Assembly: GCF_004010195.1 (NCBI RefSeq)
Contig: NC_057728.1
Span: forward strand, 43,555,989 to 43,619,988
Reading direction: 5' to 3'
Origin: Chiloscyllium plagiosum
Taxonomy: Eukaryota
Length of the DNA stretch: 64,000 nucleotides
The notes beneath the pieces are model-generated. The model searched no databases. It was given only the letters and a program-made list of their open reading frames with translations, and was not told the origin of the DNA. The position numbers and the translations under genes were made by a program. Positions 26,549-39,399 of this stretch are shown in pieces (the first letter of the stretch is position 1; each line of letters begins with the position of its first letter).

Positions 26549-26648
26549 AGCTGAAAATGTGTTGCTGGAAAAGCGCAGCAGGTCAGGCAGCATCCAGGGA
26601 ACAGGAGAATCGACGTTTCGGGCATAAGCCCTTCTTTCTCCTCATAGA
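26549..26648 (+). mobile_element. Young mini Penelope-like insertion nested in the family 5 element
   Basis: Arm AGCTGAAAATGTG...GCCCTTC then tip TTTCTCC; TSD TTGGAAGAGAG (26540-26550, 26649-26659). Confidence 0.85.
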
Positions 26649-27082
26649 TTGGAAGAGAGGCAGGTTAACCTCTGTTTCACCTGGAAGGACTATTTGGAGC
26701 CCTGGATGGAGGTGAGGGGGTTGGTGTACCAGCAGCTATTGCATCTTTTCTGGTTGCAGGGGAAGGTACCTGGGTTTCGGAGTGGCAGGGGTGTCATGAA
26801 CCAAGGATTGATGGAGAAAATGGTCCTTGTGGAAGGCAAAGAGGTGTGGGGAGGGGAAGATCTTCTAGGTGATGGTGGTGGTGGTGTCTATTTGGAGTTG
26901 ACTGAAGTGATTGAGGATGATGCATTGGTTGTGGAGACTGGTGGAGTGGGTAGGTGAGGACAAGGGAGACTGTCTTTATTGCATTGTAGGGGGTGATTTA
27001 GAAAATTGGAATGGGGAATGGAGGTGGTGCGGTGGAGGGCTGTCTGGAATACGGAGGGAGGAAAAGCTCGTTGTTCAAAATA

Positions 27083-27256
27083 GAGAGAAACGTCGATTAT
27101 CCAAAGAAGACGGGCAGGGAATATTTTACTTAGTTAATCAAATTCCGGATAATCGAATGCTGGATAACATAGTTTAGCCAAGCATCGGGACCTTGCGATC
27201 TTTCCGGATAATTCAATATGCGGGTGATCAAATGCTGGATAATCAAGGTTCTTCTG
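27083..27256. mobile_element. Tigger/pogo-like MITE
   Basis: TA-flanked; TIR GAGAGAAACGTCGATTATCC...GGATAATCAAGGTTCTTCTG; internal GGATAA(TC) repeats. Confidence 0.8.
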
Positions 27257-28865
27257 TAGGTGGACATCTGGGATGCTCATGAGTGGAATGTCTCCTCATC
27301 CGAGCAGATGCGGCGGCCAGGGCCAGGGCCACTCAGTGTCTGACTTCATTATAGCCTTCGTTTAGGCATGGACAAAACAGCTGAATTCTCAAGGTGAGGC
27401 GAGAGTGACAGCCCTTGACATCAAGGCTGCAATCAATTGAGTGTGGCATCGGAAAGCCTGAGCAAAACTGGAATCAATGACTATCGGGGCAAACACTGCT
27501 GGTGGGCATCATACCTGGCATATCAGATGATGGTTGTGGTTGCTAGAGATCAGAAATCTCAGCTCTAGGACATCTCTGAAGGAATTCCTCAGGGTAGTGT
27601 CCTAGGCCCAGTCAGCTTCAGCTACTTCATCAATGACTTTTGATCTATCATAAGGTAAGAAGTCGGAATGTTAACCAATGATAGCAATTTCTGCACCATT
27701 TACAACTACTCAGATACTGAAGCAGTCCATGTTCAAGTGTAAAAATATCTGGACAATATCCAGGCTTGGGCTTGTAAGCGGCAAGTAACATTCGCACCAC
27801 CAAAATGCCAGGCAATGACTATCTTCAATAATAAACAATATAACCACCGCCCCTTGACATTCAATGGTGTTACCATTACTGAATCCCTCACGATCCACAT
27901 CATGGGGGTTTCCATTGATCAGAATCTCAGCTGGACTCATCACATAGCAATTGCTATATGAGCAGTTCAGAGGCTAGAAATACTGCAGTGAGTAACCCAC
28001 TTCCTGACTCCCCAAAAACTGTCCACCATCTACAAGGGTACAAATTAGAAGTATGATGGAATATTCACCATTTGCTGGATGGGTGCAACTTCAACAATAC
28101 TCAGGAAGCTTGACACCATCCAGGTCATAGCTGCCTGCTTGATTGGCACATCCACAAGCATCAACTCACTCCACTACTGATGATAAGTAGCAGCAGTGTG
28201 TACTATCGACAAGATGTACAAGAATTCACCAAAGATCCCTAGACAGCACCTTCTAAACCCCAAGAACACTTACATCAAGAAGGACAAGGGCAGCAGATAC
28301 ATGGGAACATCACCACCTACATGATCCCCTCCAAGCTATTCACCATCCTGACTTGGAAATGTTTCACCATTTCTTCACTGTCGCTCAATCAAAATCCTGG
28401 AATTTGTGGGTCTGTATGTTGATCCACAGCATGTGGACTGCAGCAGTTCAAGAAAGCAGCTCATCACCACCTCCTTATCAAGGACAGCTAGGAATAGGCA
28501 ATAAAATGCTGGCCAGTCAGCGATGCCCACACCTCAGAAGTGAATTTTAAAAAGGTAGCATCACTACATTCTAAAGGGAAACTAGGGACAGGTGGCACCC
28601 ATGACTGACAAGTTAAAAAATGCTTAGTGGTGAGGAAAATGTTAAAGTCTATTATAAAGACATGATAACAGAAAATTGGAAAGCATGAACAGGATGAGAC
28701 AAAGTCAGAATAGGTTTATGAAAGGCAAGACATGCTTAATTAATCTTCTGGGGGTTTTCAGGATGCAACTGATGGTATAGATGACGGAAAACCAATGGAT
28801 GTGGTGTATTTGAATTTCAAGGCTTTTGATACAGTCCATATAAGAGGCTAGTGAACAAAATTAAA

Positions 28866-29203
28866 GCTGAAAATGTGTTGCTGGAAAAGCGCAGCAGGTC
28901 AGGCAGCATCCAGGGAACAGGAGAATCGATGTTTCAGGCATAAGCCCTTCTTCAGGAATGAGGAAAGTTTGTCCAGCAGGCTAAGATAAAAGGTAGGGAG
29001 GAGGGACTTGGGGGGAGGGGCATCGGAAATGTGATAGGTGGAAAGAGGTCAAGGTGAGGGTGATAGGTCAGAATTCCTGAAGAAGGGCTTATGCCCGAAA
29101 CGTCGATTCTCCTGTTCCCTGGATGCTGCCTGACCTACTGCGCTTTTCCAGCAACACATTTTCAGCTCTGATCTCCAGCATCTGCAGACCTCACTTTCTC
29201 CCC
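28866..29203 (+). mobile_element. Palindromic mini Penelope-like element, young subfamily
   Basis: About 92-bp arms in inverted orientation (28866-28958 / 29074-29166); 14-bp TSD AACAAAATTAAAGC (28854-28867, 29204-29217). Confidence 0.93.
29077..29104 (+). ncRNA. Minimal hammerhead ribozyme motif
   Basis: CTGAAGA-A-GGGC-TTAT-GCCC-GAAA-C-GTC; antisense copy at about 28928-28955. Confidence 0.7.
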
Positions 29204-30269
29204 AACAAAATTAAAGCACCTGGGCTAAAGTTTAACGTACTGACATAGATTGCAAATTGGTTGACAGAGCAGAAATTGGGTATAAATGTGTCTATTTTCA
29301 GGTGATGACTGGTGATATACTGCAGGAGTCAGTGCTTGGAGTCACTAGATATAAATTATGTGGATGAAGAAACCAAATGCAATATTTCCAGTTTGCTAAT
29401 GACTGAAAATTAGCTGGGTTTGAGATGTGAGAATGTTGCAAGGAGGCATCATGGAGATCTAAAAAAGTTGAGTTTATGGGCAAACACATGGCAGATATAG
29501 TATAACATGGATAAATGTAAAGTAATACATTTTGTTGTGACAAATAGGAAGGCAGAATACTACTTAAATGATGATATTTTGGGAAATGTGAGTACAAAAG
29601 AATCTGGGTACCCTTGTACATCATGTAAACAGGCAGTGCAGTAAGCAACTAAGAAGGCAAATGGTGTGTTGGCCTTCATTGCAAAAGAAGTATGGATGTC
29701 TTACTGCAGTTTTCCAGGGCCTTGGCAATACTGTACCTGGAGTCCTATGTGAAATTCTGATCACCCTACCTAACACAGAATATATTTGCCAGAGGGGGAG
29801 TACATCAAAATTTCACTAGGTTTATATCAGGTATTACAGGACATTGTTTTTAGGAGAAATTGATTCAACAAGGCCTATATTGACTAAAATTTAGAAGAAT
29901 GAGAGAATCTAGTTGAAACAGAAAATTCTAACATGGCTATATAGACGAGATGCAAGAAGCATGTTAGGGAATCTCGAAGTGATGGTCACAGTCTCAGGAT
30001 GCAGAGTAGGCCATTTTCACGCTGAGTTGAAGAAACATTTCTTCACTCTGCAGATGATCAATGTCTGCGATCCTCTATTACAGAAGGCTGTGGAGCCTAA
30101 GTCACTGATTATGTTCAAGAAAGACTTTTTTTTATACCCCAAGGGGGTATGGAAAAACAGTTAGAATATGGCACTGAGGTACATCCATGATCATATTGAA
30201 AGGCAGGGCAGGTTCAAAGGACCAAATGGCCTATTCCGGCTCCTGGTTTCTAAGTTTAAGTGAGGGTTG

Positions 30270-30575
30270 CGATGGAATAATCATCACTTGTTTGAATGAG
30301 TACAGCTCTAATAATATGCAAGAAGCTTGACACCATCTGGAACAAAGCAGCCTTCCTGATTGGCATCCTATCCACCATCATCAACGTTCACTTCTTTCAC
30401 TGTGAATCAAAATCATGAAACTCCCTTCCTAATAGCACTGTGGCTGTTCCTGGACTCAAAGGACTGCAGCAGTTAAAGAAGACAGCTCATAACCCCCTTC
30501 TCCAGAGCAAGAAATGATGGACAATAAACGCAGACCTAGAAAATGATGCTAATATCATACGTACGAATTAAAATA
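30270..30575 (+). mobile_element. LINE family B 3' fragment
   Basis: AAGCTTGACACCATC..GCAGCC..GATTGGCA and GGACTGCAGCAGTTAAAGAA blocks as at 28100-28500. Confidence 0.7.
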
Positions 30576-31014
30576 AAATCCATTGAATGAAAATTTGCAG
30601 GTCTTAGGTGACCATCTTTCAAGACTACAGTCAACTGAATTGAAAGATATGCTGAGCAGCACCTCTTAGACATCTGTGAGTAACTAAAGAATATTCAGTT
30701 GGTTCTGTCCTGGGGATTACTGGCAAGTATATACTATTTCTAATTCTAGTGAAGTGTTTATGCCTCAGAATTTACTTCCCATTCATGGCAGCACTGTGAA
30801 AAAGAATAATCCATCTGCACTCCCCCCACCCCCAGTGTTAAGATCTGTCACCTTTGCAGGCAAAGTCTCCAAAGTAAATCAAGACAAATAATCAGTCTGC
30901 TCCATGGCTAGTCACAATTTCCAGGTCTTTAAAAAGGGAAACCCTCCATCTCAAGTCTGCCATAATATTTCATAGCAACTCTTTACATCTCAAGGCCTAT
31001 AGCCTCAGAAGAAA

Positions 31015-31470
31015 AGGTGAAGAATTGTTACAATGGTAGAGCAAGTGAGAGATCTTGAATTGCATGTCTACAGGCCCTTGAAGGTGACAGGACAGGTAGA
31101 TAAATTGGTGAAGAAAGCATATGGAGTACTTTCCTTATTGGGTGAAGTATAGAAAGAAAAGCAGTGACGTAATGCTAGGATGATATAAAACATGGATTAC
31201 GCCACAGTCAGAAGGTTGGAGAGGGCATTGAGAAAAACATTTTTACGCAGAGGGTGATGGGTATCTGGAACTCACTGTCTAGTTTGATGGTGGAGGCATA
31301 AATTTGCATAAAAGATACGTGGATCTCCACCTGAAATGCTGTAACCTGCAAGGATATGGACCAGGTGCTGAAAGGTGTGATTGAAATGCATAACTATTTA
31401 CAGTAGCTGATGCAGACAAAATGGGCTGAATGGCACCTTCCTGCGCCATAACATTTTAATGGTTCCATAG
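31015..31470 (+). mobile_element. CR1 3' fragment with internal deletion
   Basis: LKVTGQVDKLVKKAYG, TTTTACGCAGAGGGTG..TGGAACTCACTG. Confidence 0.75.
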
Positions 31471-32134
31471 CATGGAAAAGAAAAAGGTTCTTGGTCACAA
31501 GGAATATTCAAGGCTCTTGAAGCAGACAAAGAAATAGTTGTACTAAACTCAAACTATTTTATATGAGAACAGATCATCTTGTAGTATGTTTAAATTGAAG
31601 CTCAAAATTGGGGATGAGATGGCTTGATCGGAACAACAACTTTAATTATATAGCATACAGCATAGCAAGAGTGGAGACAAGTAAATAGTAAACTATTTGG
31701 AAAAATCTTACAAAGCCTGTCTATCTCAGTTGTCTAACAATCACCATCACTGGGCTGACTTTTCAGCAATCAGGTGTGTCATAATCAGTCTTTGACACCA
31801 TCCAGGGCATCTATTGTCTAATCACAAAGTTATGAAGTACACAACCTAAGTTGCAAGACAGTATGTAGTAACAGGCATTCCCAATAGTTTCCTCAATTTA
31901 TATTCGTGTTTCCATGTCTGCATCATTGTAATATCGTTGTATTATATTATGTTATATTATTATATTGCATCATAGCAGTATTGGTGTCTTCTGAAATAGC
32001 TTCATAGTGCCCAGCTTTTTTTAAGTTTAATTCATGGGATGTGGGTCTCAGTAACAAGATTAGTATTTATTGTCCATACATAACTGAGAAAATAGATGGA
32101 TCCATTTTTGAACCACTGCAACTCAAAATTATTG

Positions 32135-32249
32135 TCAGCAATCAGGTGTGTCATAATCAGTCTTTGACACCATCCAGGGCATCTATTGTCTAATCACAAA
32201 GTTATGAAGTACACAACCTAAGTTGCAAGACAGTATGTAGTAACAGGCA
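32135..32249 (+). repeat. Exact 115-bp copy of 31763-31877
   Basis: Base-for-base identical by eye; lies 20 bp upstream of a young SINE. Confidence 0.97.
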
Positions 32250-32269
32250 ACAGGTAACTGTGCCATCGT

Positions 32270-32584
32270 GGGCGGCACGGTGGCACAGTGGTTAGCACTG
32301 CTGCCTCACAGCGCCAGAGACCCGGGTTCAATTCCCGCCTCACGCAACTGTCTGTGTGGAGTTTGCACATTCTCCCCGTGTCTGTGTGGGTTTCCTCCGG
32401 GTGCTCCGGTTTCCTCCCACACTCCAAAAATGTGCAGATTAGGTGAATTGGCCACGCTAAATTGCCTGTAGTGTTAGGTGCAGGGGTAACTGTAGGGGAA
32501 TGGGTCTGGGTCGGTGCGCTTCGGCGGGTCGGTGTGGACTTGTTGGGCCGAAAGGCCTGTTTCCACACTGTAAAGTAATCTAAT
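32270..32584 (+). mobile_element. HE1-like SINE, full length, young (CpG-rich)
   Basis: A-box TGGCACAGTGG, B-box GGTTCAATTCC, tail GGGCCGAAAGGCCTGTTTCCACACTGTAAAGTAATCTAAT. Confidence 0.95.
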
Positions 32585-32979
32585 TATATTCAAGCTTCCA
32601 ATAAAATAAAACTGTAATGTTTTTCAACTTACTGTTGCTGATTAATTAACCAGATATACAAATCTTTTCCTATAATATATCTCACTATAAAATTTTGCTG
32701 ATTAATGTTAGATATGATACATTTCTTGTCAGTATAATTTTACAAACAACATAAGGTTATATTGAATGAGTCGGGAGTATTTTCTACTGTCCAGACGGCA
32801 TTAGTTATATATTTGGAGTTAATGATCTACAGTCTTGGCAAACGTCTTCAATTAAAAGAACCAAATGTGTCAGGAAAAAGTATGCTTTCCTATGATACAT
32901 CATATTGGCTTCTTTCTTTCTTTCACTGAAGAGATAGTTAATTCAACAAAATTATGTTTCAGGTAGATACCTCATCTTT

Positions 32980-33790
32980 TTACTTATTCATTTTTGGGAA
33001 ATAAGGATTGCTGGGAAGGCCAACATTTATTGTCCATCCCTAATTAGATGGTGAGCTGCCATCTTGAAACACTATAGCCCACGTGCTGTAGGTATACCCA
33101 CAGCTTTGTTAGGAAGGGAGTCCCAGAATTTTGATCTCATGACATTGAATGTTGTTGTTGCAAATCAGGATGCATGTGGCTTGGAAGGGAACTTTCATGA
33201 TGCGATATTCTCGGTGGTAGAAATCTTAGGTTTGGAAGGTGTTAACGGCAACATCAGCAACATAACCTTGTTGAGTTGCTACAGTGCACCTTTTAGGTGT
33301 ATAATCTGTTGCCACTGTGCACTGGTGGTGAAGGGATTGAATGTTTAAGGCGATGAATGGGGTGTCAATTAATGTGGCTTTTTTTTAAAAATGGTATTGT
33401 GATTCTTGAGAGTTGATGGAGTTGGATCCATCCAGACTAATGTAAAATTTCAATCACATTCCTGACTTGATCCTTATAGATTTTGGACAGGTTTTTTTAG
33501 GTTCAGAAAGTGAATCACTCACAGCAAAGTATTTAGTCTCTGACTTGCTCTTGTAGACACCTGCTTACATAGCTGATTCACTTCAGTTTCTGGTCAATGG
33601 TAATCCTCAAGATGTCGACAGTCAACAATTCAGCAATAGTGATGCATTGAATGGTAATGCTTTGAATGAGATGGTCAGATTCTCTCTTGATTAAGATCAT
33701 TCCCTGGCAGTTTTGAATATTACTTCCCACTTATGAGTCCAAACCTTGAGGAATTCCTATACTGATGCCCTGGGACTGAGATGAATATCA
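32980..33790 (-). mobile_element. LINE family B 3' fragment
   Basis: CATTTATTGTCCATCCCTAATT terminus and blocks shared with 16855-17625. Confidence 0.75.
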
Positions 33791-35499
33791 GTCATCAGCT
33801 TCAGTTCCAACTAATAATTGATTGATGGGTAAAGTGTGTTAGAAACGCAATTTCAACAAACTGATATATAGATCAATTGCACATAATATCTATAGAATTA
33901 AAAATTGTTTGTTCATTTCCCAATTTGCCGTGAAGTTAAATATGTTCAACATGTAGCCTTTACAACAACATTACAGTATTAGCGCGAGAATGTGCCTGCT
34001 TGTGACCAAAGATGTTTTCTCTGTCCAAATATGTAGGGCTTGGGAGGGTTTATTCATTTAATACTACAGGATGATGCTAAATCATTAGAGTACACCTTTG
34101 GCAAATGCCAGAGAGGGTAAAAGGCATGCATAGTTGAAGGGAGGGAAAACGCACTCACTATATCACCAACATTTCGTAAGGATGATAAATCTTAAAAGTG
34201 TTAACAATCCTTTGGGCTCTTGGCCACAATTCAGGCCTACATTTACATCCATATTTCTGTTAGCTGGCAAACTGATACAGAAGCTCTAATTCAACATATT
34301 AGCCCTCTGTTCTACCTTCAAATGAGGGTATGATTTATCACAGAACTCACCTATCTGAGGTACATGCCCCCTTATAAGATCAACTATGGAACTGCAGTGG
34401 CATGCAAAATCTAGCATTTCTGGTTCATGATAATTACATTGGACTTATGATAGGACTGAGGTTGAAGAGTTATGGATTTTCAGCACACCTAGGGAATAGA
34501 AGGAAGAGGAAGCAGAGCAGGCAGAAGAGATGCAGCTGACATATGGAAATAGAAAGTAGAAGTGAAGGTTGAAAGATAAAAAGAATGAAGGGAAGGTGGC
34601 ATGGAAATAGTTTAGGAGAAATGGACAGGAAATGTTCTCAGTTGATAAGTCTGGGTATGCTCCCACAATTGAGTGAAGTATCAAAGCTCTCACTGGACAA
34701 GTGCCAAACACTGTGAGTAGCAGCATTGAGATTTCAATGATTTCAGTAGAATTAAATGCCAACTTTTGCTATTGGGTAAGGTTATATGAAACTCTCATTA
34801 CACTGGAACAAATTGGCTGAGCTACTGAAATATCTTGATGTGATGGGTGACGTGCTCCCATGTACTGGGTGCAAGGAGAATTGGATGATCTCACTAAGAA
34901 TAATAGGGAAGAGCTTTCCAAATATATTGTATGAGAACAAGGCTCTCCAATTACTTGAATAGGAAAAGAGGTCACAAAATTCTGGCAAGGAACAGAGTTG
35001 GCAAGGTCTGCAATTCTTTTAATGAAGAAGAGTGGATTGGTGAGACCATCAAACTGTTATTAGAGGTATGGTGAAGATTGCTAGTAAAATTGAGTAAACT
35101 ATTAAAATTAAAACATATGAATGGGGACTTGCAGTTGAGATATGGACTGCAGTTACAAGGTTAAAATAATTCAGTCATTGAAACTGAACATGTTAAAAAT
35201 AGTTTGACAAGTTAACTTAATTTCTCCTCTTGAAGAAACATTCATAATGTGAATTTTCTCACAGTATTAGAACAGCATAGCAAACTATTGTGTGGGGAAA
35301 GCCAGAAAGAAGTTACTTATGTCTAAATCACATGTTTAGACCAATTACAAGTTTCCTCACTTTTCACAAATCTAACAAAAATAAGAGCCGATGCTGAAAT
35401 CATTGATTTGTATTGTTGCAGTATGACTTCTGGGTCCTTATACTTCTATCCTTCAGATATAAAATGACCAGAATTCCATTAGCCTCCTTGACTATTATC

Positions 35500-35615
35500 T
35501 GAGGTTCTGAGGAAGGGTCACTTGACCCAATACTTGAACTCTGATTTCTCTCCACAGATGCTGCCAGACCTGCTGAGCTTTTCCAGAAATTTCTGTTTTT
35601 GTGGCTGTTTTCTGC
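35500..35615 (+). mobile_element. Penelope-like terminal fragment with degenerate hammerhead
   Basis: CTGAGGA-A-GGGTC-ACTT-GACCC then TCTCCACAGATGCTGCCAGACCTGCTGAG. Confidence 0.75.
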
Positions 35616-35660
35616 ACCTGTTTCTGGCACTTTAATAATCAATGTATGAGAATCCCCAAA

Positions 35661-38272
35661 TCATAGAACATAGAACATTACAGTGCAGTACAGGCCCTTT
35701 GGCCCTTGATGTTGCGCCGACCTGTGAAACCAATCTGAAACCCATCTAACCTACACTATTCCATTCCCGTCCATATGCTTGTCCAATGACCATTTAAATG
35801 CCCTTAAAGTTGGTGAGTCTATTACTGTTGCAGGCAGTGCATTCACACCCCTATTGCTCACTGAGTAAAGAAACTACCTCTGACATCTGTCCTATATCCA
35901 TCATCCCTCAATTTAAAGCTATGTCCCCTCGTGCTCGCCTTCACCATCCAAGGAAAAAGGCTCTCACTGTCTAACCTATCTAAACCTTTGATTATCTTAT
36001 ATGTCTCAATTAAGTTACCTCTCAACTTACTTCTCTCTCTCTCGAGAACAGCCCCACGTCCCTCAGTCTTTCCTCTGAAGACCTTCACCACACCAAGCAA
36101 CATCCTAGTAAATCTCCCCTGAACCGTTTCCAAAGCATCCACATCCTTCCTATAATGCGATGACCAGAACTGTACGCAATACTCCAAGTGTGGCCGCACC
36201 AGAGCTTTGTACAGCTGCAGCATGACCTCATGGTTCCAAAACTCAATAAAAGCTAAAACACCACATGACTTTTTAATGACCCTATCAACATCGATGGTAA
36301 CTTTCAAGGATCTTTATACCTGGACACAGAGATCTCTCTGCTCATCTACACACCAACAATCTTACCAGTAGCCCAGTAATCTGCATTCCTGTGACTCCTT
36401 CCAAAGTGAATCACCTCACACTTTTTCTCATTAAGCTACATTTGCCACCTCTCAGCCCAGCTCTGCAGCTTATCTATGTCCCTATGTAAACTACAACATC
36501 CTTTGTCACGATCCACAACCCTACCGACTTTCATGTCATCTGCAAACTTACACTAACCCATCTTTCTACGCCCTGATCCAGGTCATTTATAAAAATGACA
36601 AACAGTAGTGGACCTAAACCAGATCCTTGCAGTACACCACCAGTAACTGAACTCCAGGATGAATATTTCCCATCAACCACCACCCTCTGTCTTCTTTCAT
36701 TTAGCCAATTTCTGATCCAAACCGCTAAATGACCCTCAATCCCATGTCTCCATATTTTGTCTAATAGTCTAACATGGGGAACCTTATCAACTGTTTTACC
36801 CTCAAGCACCTGTTTGGTCACCTTTTCAAATAACTCAATAAAGCTTATGAGGCACTACCTCCTCTTCACAGCACCATGTTGACTATCACTAATTAGCTCA
36901 CTCCTTTCTAGATGATTATAAATCCAATCCTTATAACCCTTTCCAACACTTTACCCACAACTTAAATAAGGCTCACTGGCCTATAATTACCAAGGTTGTC
37001 TCTGCTCCCCTTCTTGAACAAGGGGACAATATTTGCTATCCTCCAGTCTTCTGGCACTATTCCTGTAGACAATGATGACATAAAGATCAAAGCCAAAGGC
37101 TCAGCAATCTCCTCCCTGGCTTCCCAGAGAATCCTAGGATAAATCCCATCCAGCCCTATTTTTACACTTTCCAGAATTGCTAACACACCCTCCTTATGAA
37201 CATCAATCCTATTTAGTCTAGTAGCCTGTGTCTCAGTATTCTCCTCAACAACATTGTCTTTTTCTAGTATGAATACTGACAAAAAGTATTCATTTAGCGC
37301 TTCCCCTATCTCCACACACAACTTCCCACTACTATCCTTGATTGGCTCTAATCTTACTCTCATCGTTCTTTCATTCCTGATATACCTATAGAAGGCCTTA
37401 GGGTTTTCCTTGATCCTATCAGCCAATGACTTCTCATGTCCCTCCTGGCTTTTCTTAGCTCTCTCCTTCAGTCCTTCCTGGTTAATTTGTAACTCTCAAG
37501 TGCCCAAACTGAGCCATCACATCTCATCCTATCATAAGTTTTTTCTTCCCCTTGACAAGAGATTCAATTTCCTTCGTAAACCACGGCTCCCACGTTCGAC
37601 AACTTCCTCCCTGCCTGACCGATACATACTTTTCAAGGATCCGCAGTAGCTGTTCCTTAAATAAGCTCCACATTTCAATTGTGCCAATCCCCTGTAGTTT
37701 CTTTCCCCAACCTCTGCATCCTAAATCTTGCCTAATCACATTGTAATTGCCTTTTCCTCAGCTATCACTCTTGTCCTGCGGTATATACCTATCTCTTTCC
37801 ATCGCTAAAGTAAACGTAACTGAATTGTGGTCACTGTCACCAAACTGCTTACCTGCAAATCTAACACAGGGCGGGGTTCATTACCCAGTACCAAATCTAA
37901 TAGGGCCTCGACATTGTGGGCCTGTCTACACACTGTGTCAGGAAACCCTTCTGCACACATTGGACAAAAACTGACCCATCTAAAGTACTTGCACTATAGT
38001 ATTCCCAGTCAATATTTGGAAAGTTAAAGTTCCCCCTTAACAACTACCCTCTTACTCTCGCTCCTATCAAGATCATCTTTGCCAGCCCTTTCTCTACATC
38101 TCTGGAACTATTCGGAGGCTTATAGAAAACTCCCAACAGGGTGACCTCTCCTTTCCTGTTTCTCATCTCAGCCCACACTACCTCAATAGACGAGTCCTCA
38201 AATGTCCTTTCTGCAACCAAATGCTGTCCTTGATTAACAATGCCACACCTCCCCTCCACCTTTTACCACTTT
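35661..38272 (-). mobile_element. CR1/HER1-like LINE ORF2 (EN end, RT, 3' UTR), disrupted
   Basis: [57 protein letters not shown]; (TTCTATG)n tail on minus. Confidence 0.96.
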
Positions 38273-38279
38273 GGACATT

Positions 38280-38620
38280 CACTATATTTAACTTCATCTA
38301 GAAAGTACCCTGATCTATCCTTTTTGGTCCTAAATGGATAAATCTAAACTCGCCACAGTTTGCCTATTTACCTAGTCTATCAATATCCCTTTGTAATTTT
38401 TTGCTATCATCCAAACTGTCTACAATGCCACCTAACTTTGGGTCATTGCAAATTTAGATATATGACTTTCCGTACCATTACCTAATTTGGTAATCAATAA
38501 TGTGATAATTAAGGCCCTTACACAGATCCTTGTAGGACACCATAAGTCACATCCTGCGAATTTGAGTACCTATCCAGTATTTCTATTTTTTGTCACCTGC
38601 CACTCAACCAATTTCTCAGC
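38280..38620 (-). mobile_element. Older CR1 RT fragment
   Basis: Minus strand GVLQGSV, SKFA..PKVRW-like segments. Confidence 0.6.
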
Positions 38621-39399
38621 CTCGCTTTAAAACTCTTGGATGCAGCAATGCAATGAAGCAGCACAATTCTTTGCTCCAAAATTTGCATAATTACAGAAGA
38701 TGAGTCTTATATATATGCACAAAAAAGTACTGTAAAAAATTATACTGGAACAATGCCATGGGACAGGGTAACATCAGGATTTCACTGATTTCTGTCGACC
38801 ACCATGCTGCACAGTTTCCATGTATGCCAATGCACTGTCATCTCCTACCTTATATGTTGAGTTGCCATTTCCTTTCACAATTATTGTCCAAAATTTTGAA
38901 TGGCAAGATCTGAATCTCATTAGTGAGAGACGTATTTGCATGACTCATCGTGTCACCTCACCTCATTGATATGCTTTTTCATATTTTTCTAGGCTCCACA
39001 GAGAAAATGAACAACTATGATTATCTACGTGTAAGTCAGAGCTTCAGACTCCAGATTCTCAGATATCATTCAGGTCTCCATTCTGGAAAGCATCTCAACA
39101 TAATGGACAATATGGCTCCCTGTCTATGGAGGCTGTCATATACCAGCCTCATTGTATCACCATTGCATGCTCAAATTCATTTCCAGTGCAGTTATGCACT
39201 TCGTTGCTGCGCTTTGGAGTATGATGCCTCCTTTCAATGGTAAAGTTGCTGCAGGATACAATGCATAAGGTGCTGGCATACAACTCATGGATTAGTTATG
39301 GTGCATCTCAGGGCTACTCTCTTATTCTCTAAGCAGTCACTCATTTTGCACTGACTTGAATGCTCACAGCATCTCTGCCTCACCTCGCCTTTTTGTGTT

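Larger units (their letters stand above)
25978..27320 (-). mobile_element. Penelope-like element (family 5) with GIY-YIG remnant
   Basis: Minus strand QCSLLYIGETKHRL at about 26470-26515; hammerhead motif CTGAAGA-A-GGGT-TAC-ACCT-GAAA-T-GTC at 26054-26080 (-). Confidence 0.85.
24964..28552 (+). mobile_element. CR1-group LINE family B (EN through 3' end), interrupted by a Penelope element
   Basis: GDFNVH-like, [49 protein letters not shown]; 3' end CCAGTCAGCGATGCCCACA. Confidence 0.85.
28555..30260 (+). mobile_element. Old CR1 RT-to-3' remnant
   Basis: KTCLINLLG, DVVYLNFKAFDTV, FANDxKL-like segments and CR1 3' UTR. Confidence 0.85.
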
